This document shows positions 1 through 7,173 of a DNA stretch of 7,173 nt, in pieces. Position 1 is the stretch's first letter. The number at the start of each line of letters is the position of its first letter. Origin of the DNA: Azolla caroliniana. Its lineage: Eukaryota; Plantae; Polypodiophyta. A model generated the notes under the pieces. It was not told where the DNA came from. It saw nothing but the letters and a program-made list of their open reading frames with translations, and did not search any database. The stretch is taken from positions 1-7,173 of the forward strand of contig JBHGNT010001492.1 of NCBI GenBank assembly GCA_043228905.1, in the 5' to 3' direction. Made by a program: the position numbers and the translations under genes.

Positions 1-1791
1 ACTCCGGACCCTCTCCATTATGGTCCGGTTCATCCTCTCAACCAGCCCGTTTAGTCCTGGCGTCTTCGGCACGGTAAATTCGAGCTGGATTCCCTTCAAG
101 CGGTAGTACTCCTCGAACTGCCCTCGGTATTCTCCTCCATTATCTGCTCGATCCGCCTTCAGCTTCCGGCCGGTTTCTCTTTCCACTCTCGCGTGGAGCT
201 CTTTGAAGACGGATAACACCTGATCCTTCGTCTTCAACAGTGTGGCCCACAGCTTCCGGTTGTGGTTATCTATGAACGTCAAGAAGTATTGCGATTCGGC
301 ATGTGACATTGTGTCCACTTGACATACATCAGTATGCACCAACTCCAATGGTGCATTACATCTCATCGGTGGCCTCGATCGGAAGGAGGTCCGGTTTTGT
401 TTACCGGCTAGACAATTAGTGCACTTCTCCAAGTGCATGTTCTTCACTGGAATGAGGTTTTCGTCTGCAAGCCTCTTCATCCCCTTCTCGCTCATGGGAC
501 ACAGCCTCTTGTGCCACAACTCACCGACAGTGTCGGATGCCACGTTCACTTCTTCCGGGCATAACCGGGCATTCATCAAGTACATCGTGTTTACCTTCGG
601 GGCCCGAGCCACAATCAAGCTCCCTTTACTAAACTTCATAACACCGTTCTGGATGCTACCCGTGTAGCCTTCATCATCCAGCCGACCGGCTGATATCAAG
701 TTCAGACGAACCTCCGGAACGTGTCGGACATCCTTCAGAAGCAGCTTGCATCCGGTTGGTGTTGTCAACCACACGTCTCCTATGCCGACAATTCGACATG
801 TACCTTCATTCCCCATCTGGACACAGCTGTGATCACCGGCTGGTTAGGATGAGAAGCATTTCCGGTCCGGGGTAAGGTGGAATGACGCTCCAGAGTCGAC
901 CACCCAGGTCATCTCGTCGCCAGCAAGGTTTAGCTCACTCTCCTCGGTAATGAGCATCAACTCTTCTTCACTTGCCGCGATTGCCATCGTTCCCTTCCGG
1001 TCCGGTGTCCGCTTCGAATCGGTACCATCAGTTTCTTTGTCTTTTCGGAAGTGCCGACAGTTCTTCTGGAAGCGTCTCGGCTTGCCGCAATAGAAGCAGG
1101 TAGGCCTCCCCCTTGACTTTGACCGTGTCCCCGACTTCTCCCGGTTCTGGGGACTACGGTTCCTTTGTCTTCCGCGTTCTGATTCGGTTAGGAGCGCTTT
1201 GGTGTCGGAGCTCGTATCCTTATCTTTCCGACGCGCCTCCTCATCTAGCAAGCTCGACTTCCCTCTTGCTAGGGATAACCGTTTCCCTTCCGGCCGGGCG
1301 TTGCCCAAAGTGACAACCAACGTCTCCCAGCTATCCGAGAGGGAACCGAGCAGGAGTAGCCCTAGTACCTCGTCGGCAAGAGGTACTTCCAATGATGTTG
1401 CCTGGTGTATCAGCCCCTGGAAGGCATTCATGTGCTCCGCCATGCTGGAGCCATCTTCGTACCGGAGTCTTACTAGCTTCCGGAATACCGAAACCTGGTT
1501 AACAACATTTTTGTTCTGAAACATAATGTCGATCTTCTCCCAAAGCTCATGAGCCTTGCTCTCTTCATTGAAGTTGTTGTATAGGCTCATGTCGATGAAG
1601 CACCGTATGTACGTCGTTGTCTTCATGTGCATCACCTCCTATATCATGGCGTCGATTTTGTCTGGTCTCTTGTCCCCGAACTGAACCAACAACCAAAGAT
1701 CTTTAACCACGAGCATGTCGCTCATCTTCGACTTCCACACGGAATAGTTGGAGCCGGTGAGCTTGAACATTCCTCCCAATGATTCGTCCAT
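1..1791 (-). pseudogene. Copia gag-pol polyprotein (gag, zinc knuckle, aspartic protease, GAG-pre-integrase region, integrase core), disrupted
   Basis: One frame from ATG 1791 (MDESLGGMFKLTGSNYSVWKSKM) to base 1. In-frame stops: TAG 1641-1639 (likely ex-Trp) and TAA 846-844 (likely ex-Tyr). Knuckle CFYCGKPRRFQKNC (1098-1057, His lost), protease WVVDSGASFH, LWHKRLCPMSEKG..CTNC, integrase D-D-E in VHTDVC, ADNGGEY and LVERMNRT. Confidence 0.95.
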
Positions 1792-1806
1792 TTTCTGTGT
1801 CGTTTC

Positions 1807-1818
1807 GCTCTGATACCA
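1807..1818 (-). other. Primer binding site (tRNA-iMet) of copia A
   Basis: Minus strand TGGTATCAGAGC, complementary to the 3' end of plant initiator tRNA-Met, 3 nt from the LTR end and 16 nt before the gag ATG. Confidence 0.95.
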
Positions 1819-2120
1819 CTTTGTTAGGAACTACGTGCTCCTGATGAACAACACTCGGCCACAACCAAGCTTAGAATCAAACACAGAAGACGGGAATGAA
1901 GGCACGACACAATGGAGAGAAGCATACACAAGAAAAGAAAAAGAGAATACAGGATGTTAACGTGGAAAACCCAAACTAGGGAAAAACCATGGCAACCCAC
2001 AGACTGCAAACTATCACTATATCACAATGATTACAACAGTGAGCTCATGGAGGCAACGACCTCGTGCTCACGATCTTTGCCACAGGCAGCGGTTACAATA
2101 GAGGCAACGACCTCATCGTT

Positions 2121-2124
<4 letters not shown>

Positions 2125-2155
<31 letters not shown>
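2125..2155. repeat. (TC)15 microsatellite inside LTR A
   Basis: Direct reading; (GA)n on the element sense strand, downstream of the TATA box. Confidence 0.95.
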
Positions 2156-2158
<3 letters not shown>

Positions 2159-2226
2159 CACTATTGCGCTCTAATCTTGCGCCAACAAGAATGACAACAA
2201 CAACTACTAAAGTTTTCCCTAAGTCA

Positions 2227-2234
2227 TATTTATA
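2227..2234 (-). promoter_or_regulatory. Putative TATA box of LTR A
   Basis: Minus strand TATAAATA, between the U3 tandem repeats and the (GA)n tract, pointing toward gag. Confidence 0.6.
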
Positions 2235-2360
2235 CTAAAATGACTTTTTGGCTATTTACAAATATAACCCCGATGGACTCTCAGAAACATATTTACGAAT
2301 ATGTCCCTTCATCCAGTGAGCACTCCTCACCGGGCCTGCATCATCCGGCGCTTGCCAGGC

Positions 2361-2500
2361 ACTCATCATCCGATTCTCACCGGGTCGTCCGTTTCCGGGT
2401 ACTCCTCATCCGGTTCTCACCGGGTCTTCTGTTTCCGGGTACTCCTCATCCGGTTCTCACGGGCTTTTCCGTTGCCGGGTACTCCTCATCCAATTCTCAC
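2361..2500. repeat. 40-bp tandem repeat, 3.5 copies, in U3 of LTR A
   Basis: Units start at 2361, 2401, 2441 and 2481 (half). Representative unit (2401-2440): ACTCCTCATCCGGTTCTCACCGGGTCTTCTGTTTCCGGGT. Confidence 0.92.
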
Positions 2501-2548
2501 CAACTCTGTTCTTCTCACTTCCCATCCGGAGGGACTTGTTTCCTAACA

Positions 2549-4641
2549 TCAATCACATTTGAACTTAATAATTGTAAACATTTTATTCAATGTTCCAAAT
2601 GTCCTTCTCGTTCACTTGTACCTTCTAATTCTTTAAATGAGTATTCTAGTTCATTAATTTATTCGTGTTTAATTGATCCTGCGCTTTAATTTTATTATTT
2701 TAATATTGACACCACACCATTACCACATTATGAACAATGATTACTCGACTCTATTTTAGATTATTTTCAAGATGTGTTTCCTAACAAATTGCTGCTTACG
2801 TTACCACCAAAACGTAATGTGGACCATCAAATTGAACTCATCCCCGGTGCTGCTCCTATGAGCATTCCACCTTACCGACTTAGTCAAATAGAAGAGGATG
2901 AGATCACTAAACAACATAAGGATACTTGAGTATAGGACACAATAGGTATAGTAAATCACCTTGGGGTGCGCTAGTTCTATTAGTAAAGAAGAAGGAACGT
3001 TCATGGTGGATATGTATCAATTATCGCCGTTTGAATAAAATGACAATTAAAAATGCATATTCGTTACCTCGTGCTAATGGTTTGATTGATCGTTTGCATG
3101 GGACTCGATATTTTACGAAAATTGACTTACGAATAGGTTATCATCAGATTCACATTGCCGAGGATGATATTCCTAAAACTGCTTTTCGTACGCGCTATGG
3201 CCATTATGAGTTTTTAGTCATGCCTTTCAGGTTGACTAATGCTCCAGCCACATTCCAACTAGCGATGAATGACATTTTCGAAGATCAACTCAGAGATTTT
3301 GTTGTTGTCTTCTTGGATGATATTTTGATATATAGTCGTACCTTGCAAGATCATGTTCAATATGTTCGATTTGTTTGACAAAAGTTGCGTGACAACTCTT
3401 TCTATGCAAAACATTCAAAATGTAATTTTTTCCAAAAGTCTATTATGTACCTAGGTCATTTAATTATGGAAAATGGTGTTGAAATTGAACCTTCTCGTAT
3501 TGAAAAGGTTAAACTTTGGCCCATTCCTCGTAATATTCGTGAACTGCGATCATTCTTAGGGTTTGTTGGATTTTTACGAAAATCAATTCATAACTATTCC
3601 AAATTGACTACGCCATTAATTGAGCTTTTAAAAGGTCATCCACGTAAGTCTGTCAAACCAATTGCATGGAATGAACAACTTGACAAATCATTTAAGACAA
3701 TCAAAGAGCATGTGTGGCAGGCTCCCACTCTTCTATTACCGGACCCTTTTAAGCCTTTCTCAATCGAAACCGATGCTAGTGATTATGCTATTGGTATCGT
3801 TCTTTATCAAGGTAGTCACCCTATTGCTGTTGAAAGTAAGAATCTTGATGCTGCTCAATCTCGGTATTCGGTTCAAGAGAAAGAGGTGTTTACGGTAATA
3901 CATGCACTTAAAACATGGAGGCACTATCTCTATGGAAATAAATTTGTGGTTACAATAGACCATCAATCATTGAAGTATTTTTGTGATAAGCCAGATCTTG
4001 TTGGTCGTAAAGGCCGTTGGGCTGACCTTATGCAAGATTTGGATTTTTCCAAATGGTATCGCAAGGGTTTTATGAACACAGTTGTGGATGCTCTTAGTCG
4101 CATTAAAGAAGTTAACATGCTTAGCTTCACGGAAATAAAATATGATCTTTTAGATCACCTTCGAGGGAAATACCTTGATGACAATTATTTTTCAAAATAC
4201 TGGACGAAAGCCGAATCTGGTTTAGATGCCGATACTAGCACCCTACCCTCGAAGGCGACCTTTCACATTACAAACGGTTTGCTCTACCGTAGTGGAAAGG
4301 TTTGTGTTCCAGATTTAGCAAACGTAAAATAGAAAATTCTTCATGAATGTCATGATACACCATCTACTGGTCATCCTAGAATACAATGCACACTCGTTCT
4401 CATCTCAAGTACTTTTTTCTGGCCTAAGATGCACTCTAACATGCATAAATACGTAACTCAATGCTTACAATGTCAGATTAATAAGTCGGAATGACTTAAA
4501 GCTGCGGGTCTTTTACATCCCTTAGATATTCCCAACAACAAATGGAAAAGTATCTCTATGGATTTTATTGTTAGTTTACTTCGTACACAGAGGGTCATGA
4601 TGCCATTTGGGTTGTCATTGATAGACTAACAAAATTGGCTC
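2549..4641 (+). pseudogene. Ty3/gypsy (chromovirus-like) pol remnant B: post-protease linker, reverse transcriptase, RNase H, integrase zinc finger and start of the core
   Basis: LPPKRNVDHQIELIPGAAP..PYRLS; frameshift near 2922; [53 protein letters not shown]; RNase H ETDASDYAIG..EKE..IDHQSL..DALSR; integrase HDTPSTGHP..CLQC, ISMDFI, then a frameshift near 4593 and [14 protein letters not shown]. Stop codons begin at 2687, 2738, 3376, 4330 and 4492. RT-RH-INT is the gypsy order. Confidence 0.95.
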
Positions 4642-4828
4642 CAATACCCTCAATTTTCTTGAGCGTCGTTGTCTTCTTGGATGATATTTTGATATATAGT
4701 CGTACCTTGCAAGATCATGTTCAACATGTTCGATTTGTTTGGCAAAAGTTGCGCGACGACTCTTTCTATGCAAAACATTCAAAATGTAGTTTTTCCAAAA
4801 GTCTATTGTGATGTAGCTCCAATACCCT
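4638..4828. repeat. 13-bp direct repeat GCTCCAATACCCT at 4638-4650 and 4816-4828 bracketing a rearrangement junction
   Basis: Direct reading. The second copy is native copia C gag sequence (antisense of QGYWS); the first overlaps the end of gypsy integrase by GCTC. Confidence 0.9.
4665..4807 (+). repeat. Duplicated ~143-bp fragment of gypsy RT (homologous to 3301-3444, spanning the FLDD motif)
   Basis: Manual alignment gives 6 substitutions and one 1-bp T-run indel. The right boundary is ambiguous by about 3 bp (to 4810). Confidence 0.95.
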
Positions 4829-4925
4829 TGGCCGACGAGGTATTGGGTCATCTTGTACTCCCAAGATGAATAATTGCTCCCGTCTAGCTTTTCACTAGGA
4901 GCGAGCTACCCATTTGTGTGTTCAT
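4808..4925 (-). pseudogene. Copia gag N-terminus, truncated
   Basis: MNTQMGSSL / frameshift near 4898 / [30 protein letters not shown] matches the KLxGxNYxxW..M..L....W pattern of copia gag N-termini. Confidence 0.85.
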
Positions 4926-5079
4926 GTTGATTGTCTTCTCTTCTTTTGGTTTTCTTCCTTCGATCACGTACACGTGCTATGTAGCGGCACTACGGTAGCC
5001 GATAGCCAGATTTTCTCGTTGGTGTCTCGAACACACAATCACGGAGTCGGGTGGGCTTAGTAGATTTTCTAAACCACAC

Positions 5080-5091
5080 GCTCTGATACCA
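5080..5091 (-). other. Primer binding site (tRNA-iMet) of copia C
   Basis: Minus strand TGGTATCAGAGC directly abutting the LTR terminal CA. Confidence 0.93.
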
Positions 5092-5542
5092 TGTTAAGAA
5101 TTAGGTAAGTAATTAAGAAAGAGTTAATTAGTACCTAATTATGTGATTAGTTGAGCGGAAGATTATGTGATATGTGTGTGGATGTTGTGAGAGGAAGACA
5201 CAAAGAGAGAGAGAGAGAGATATACACTTATGAACAACACAAGATGGGGGATGAGTAACTATATTAAATTAGCATTATAATCATCAAATACAAAAATACC
5301 CACAATGAGGTATATATACATCTCATGTGCAATGGTGCACATGTGTGAGTGGAATATAGGTACTAAGATGTAAGTCCTATATTAAATGTACTTAGGATTA
5401 GAGGATCTAGAATATCCCACTTAAGTACAAGGTCCTATTTAAGGCATTATAGTCAACACTTCTAAGTAGATTCTATCTAGGTAACTACGAAATTACATGG
5501 TTGACTAAGTAACTAAACTAAGTTGAGCTTGATCTCTCAACA
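5092..5542 (-). repeat. 5' LTR of copia C (451 bp)
   Basis: Termini TGTTAAGA / TCTCAACA (7 of 8 inverted match), AT-rich, (AG)8 at 5204-5220, TATATATA near 5311-5318. RNase H coding sequence begins right after 5542; predicted TSD GTTGC. Confidence 0.85.
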
Positions 5543-5870
5543 GTTGCATTATCAAGTACTGAAGCTGAATATAGAGGAGCTGCAATAGCCACTTGTGAAG
5601 AAATATGGATCAAAAGATTGCTAGTTGATTTGGGAGAGTATATAGATGGTGTAGTAACAATTTGGTGTGACAATATGAGCATTATTCAGTTTGCAAAAAA
5701 ACCTAGTGTTCCATGCAGGAACAAAGCACAATTAAGTGCATTATCACTTTGTTAGAGAAAAAGTGATTGCTGGAGTAGTAGATCTGTTGTATGTAAGTAC
5801 AAATCAACAAGTTGCTGACTATCTTACGAAGGGACTAAGTGTGGGAAAACATACACAATTTAGGGACACT
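5543..5870 (+). pseudogene. Ty1/copia RNase H remnant (element D)
   Basis: VALSSTEAEYRGAAIATCEEIWIKRLL..IWCDNMS..AKKP / frameshift near 5705 / VFHAGTKHN*VHYHFVREKV..YVSTNQQVADYLTKGL..FRDT. Cut off a few codons before the usual end; no PPT or 3' LTR follows. Confidence 0.93.
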
Positions 5871-6293
5871 TCACCAAAGGGTGGTGCAAGTGGGGTAGGC
5901 GTAGACCGTGATACAAACGTATTCCTAACCGGCTACTAATCAGCGTGGTTAAGGATCGTAATACACGTGTAAGATAGATTCTATCAAGCACAGAACGATA
6001 ATTAACTAAAGCTTCAAAGAGTAAACAAGATCTAGAACAATAACACTTTCATTACTAAACCGCTATCTGATTACAATCTCACCAGGTCCTTTTATAGGTC
6101 ACCGGCTCTAGGTACGAACCGGTGCCAACCGACAACCGGCTATGAATCGGTCCAGATCCGGATCCGGATCGGCATACCGATTCCAGGTCCGTCCGTTCGC
6201 TTCTCAAAATATAATAATTATAGATAGTTCTAAAATAAATATCGCTTTCCCATTCTGGACTTTATCTAGCTTTTAATTCTTTGCCGATCAACA
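5871..6293. repeat. LTR-like segment of element E, truncated at its left end, orientation ambiguous
   Basis: Ends GATCAACA at 6293 (TGTTGATC on minus), 2 nt before a PBS-like motif. The minus strand shows CCTATAAAAGG, TGTAA, AATGAAA and a T-rich tract in typical LTR order. No matching TG terminus was found at the left. Confidence 0.65.
6088..6098 (-). promoter_or_regulatory. Putative TATA box (CCTATAAAAGG) in LTR E
   Basis: Consensus-like motif, followed on the minus strand by TGTAA (6075-6071) and polyA-signal-like AATGAAA (6053-6047). Confidence 0.55.
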
Positions 6294-6295
6294 CA

Positions 6296-6311
6296 TGGCA
6301 CGCCCGTGGGA
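6296..6311 (+). other. PBS-like site, tRNA-Arg type (as in Tat-clade gypsy elements)
   Basis: TGGCACGCCCGTGGGA after ..CAACA-CA. Resembles the complement of plant tRNA-Arg(UCU) 3' ends (..UCCCACCGGGCGUGCCA, recalled from memory) with a 1-nt gap. Confidence 0.7.
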
Positions 6312-6346
6312 TAGTACCTTGTACATCGAATCCCACGGTTCGCCCT

Positions 6347-7171
6347 TCAATCTTCCTCCAGAATGTCCAGAATGCTCTAGTCCAAGGGTTGTAAAGGCTC
6401 ATTGGGTAGCTGCTCCTGCTGCAACTGCTCCTACTGCTCCTACTCCTGCTCCTCTGGTCTCTCCGGTTCCACTGGTCTCGAGGCTTCCAGTTCTGGTTGT
6501 TGGTTTGGGCTCCTCCTGCTGATGGTTTTCGATGTGCAGGTTTTCATCCTTCGGCTGCTCCTCTGGAGTTTTGTTTGGTTGGCTTTCCCCGGTTCCAGCT
6601 TCATTCGGCGCCTGTTCCGAAGACTGTTCTTCGTCACTGATATTGACGCCGCAGTTCTTCTAGCCACCTCTTGCCATCGCCGTTCTCATTCATATCATTC
6701 GAACTAGAGTTGTGTATCCAGTTGGTCGTCGTCCAGTTGTTCCACCAATCGCCTCACCACTGCCAATTGGTCCCCGGCTAACGATAGGAAGTCGTCCTAC
6801 AATTCCTCCCTTATGGCTACAATGTTCTCCCCGTCTAGTTTATAGAAATCGTCGTCATCCTTCCTCTGGTTCTCAGCATCCGTTCTTAGCACTTGTAACT
6901 CCGCTGCCTACTTCGCCCATTTAGACCACCATTGAACCGAACTTTCTTCCACCAATCTCTTTGTCCGGTCTCTCCATGTCAGCACCAGATCACGGATTCG
7001 CCCCAACCCCATCTTCGACTTATTCTCCGCGGCCTATTTTTCGTCTTTCAATTGTTTGATAAGGCTCATGGTTGCCTCTTCTTGGCTTTTGTAGTGCAGG
7101 AGTTATGTCTGAACTTTGTTCAGGGCCATTGTAGCGTGTTCCGTTGCCTCAGAGTGCTGTCAGGTCAGCTC
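6347..7171 (-). pseudogene. Degraded ORF of at least 275 codons: coiled-coil-like region plus Glu/Gln/Pro-rich acidic tail; probable retrotransposon extra ORF; starts beyond the right edge
   Basis: One frame reads ELT*QHSEATEHATMALNKVQT*LLHYKSQEEATMSLIKQLKDEK*AAENK..VQWWSKWAK*AAELQVLR..IREEL*DDFLSLAGDQLAVVRRLVEQLDDDQLDTQL*FE*YE*ERRWQEVA..PEEQE*EQ*EQLQQEQLPNEPLQPLD*SILDILEED*. There are 11 internal stops in Gln/Arg-compatible contexts and possible compensating frameshifts between ~6658 and ~6505. Confidence 0.65.
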
Positions 7172-7173
7172 CA

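Larger units (their letters stand above)
1..2548 (-). mobile_element. Ty1/copia LTR retrotransposon A (Tnt1/Tork-like), 5' half; continues beyond the left window edge
   Basis: Minus-strand order LTR (2548-1822), PBS (1818-1807), gag, protease, integrase. Integrase directly after protease is the copia domain order. Motifs VERETGRKLK..DNGGEY and ERMNRTIMERVRS recall tobacco Tnt1 (recognition from memory). Confidence 0.95.
1822..2548 (-). repeat. 5' LTR of copia A (727 bp)
   Basis: Perfect 9-bp terminal inverted repeat TGTTAGGAA (1822-1830) / TTCCTAACA (2540-2548). PBS on one side, abrupt switch to gypsy sequence on the other. Predicted target-site duplication TCAAT (2549-2553); partner LTR is outside the window. 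Confidence 0.9.
4808..5542 (-). mobile_element. Ty1/copia element C, 5' stub (LTR, PBS, leader, first ~40 codons of gag); remainder deleted
   Basis: LTR 5542-5092, PBS 5091-5080 and a gag start at 4925 or 4913, all on the minus strand. Confidence 0.88.

Noticed and set aside
844-846. Programmed gag-pol stop readthrough
   Set aside because: The TAA lies after the protease DSGAS motif at a usual Tyr position, and gag has another stop, so ordinary decay explains it.
419-1519. Plus-strand ORFs 419-667, 1113-1313 and 1199-1519
   Set aside because: Antisense shadows of the copia polyprotein with no independent coding signal.
2361-2500. CRISPR-like array
   Set aside because: Units are contiguous with no unique spacers and lie inside a eukaryotic LTR.
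1824-2689. ORFs 1824-2009, 1912-2238, 2240-2689 and 2301-2546
   Set aside because: They translate LTR microsatellite and tandem-repeat sequence; 2240-2689 is a chance fusion of LTR A with the gypsy frame.
3301-4807. Diversity-generating retroelement TR/VR pair or retron beside an RT
   Set aside because: The RT is a broken gypsy pol, and the differences are C/T and G/A transitions in equal numbers, not adenine-specific.
4615-4851. 78-aa minus-strand ORF as a novel gene
   Set aside because: A chimera of about 14 gag codons and antisense RT filler created by the junction.
6296-6345. tRNA gene or tRNA-derived SINE
   Set aside because: Only 3'-end and T-loop-like tracts are present; no A box, D arm or anticodon arm is discernible.
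6295-6924. Plus-strand ORFs 6295-6522, 6402-6707 and 6712-6924 as gag of element E
   Set aside because: No gag motifs; their low-complexity content mirrors the minus-strand Glu/Gln codons, including the 9-bp repeat at about 6410-6455.

Overview
The window is a stack of degraded, nested plant LTR retrotransposons with no host gene. From left to right: (A) a Tnt1/Tork-like Ty1/copia element on the minus strand (gag-PR-INT 1-1791 with two in-frame stops, tRNA-iMet PBS, 727-bp 5' LTR 1822-2548), inserted into (B) a chromovirus-like Ty3/gypsy pol remnant on the plus strand (2549-~4641; RT, RNase H, truncated integrase). A patchwork junction (4638-4828) joins B to (C) the 5' end of a second minus-strand copia (gag stub, PBS, 451-bp LTR 5092-5542), which sits in (D) a plus-strand copia RNase H remnant (5543-~5870). 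Last is (E) an unusual element (~5871-7173). In E, an LTR-like segment with minus-strand promoter/polyA polarity is followed by a plus-strand tRNA-Arg-type PBS folded into a hairpin with a second tRNA-like tract, then by a minus-strand, stop-riddled ORF of at least 275 codons (coiled-coil-like, acidic tail) with no recognisable gag/pol motif. Element E and the templated-insertion junction are the most interesting parts. The host is a land plant, possibly a fern (weak inference from a recalled gag motif). All calls come from manual reading and translation; no database searches were run.
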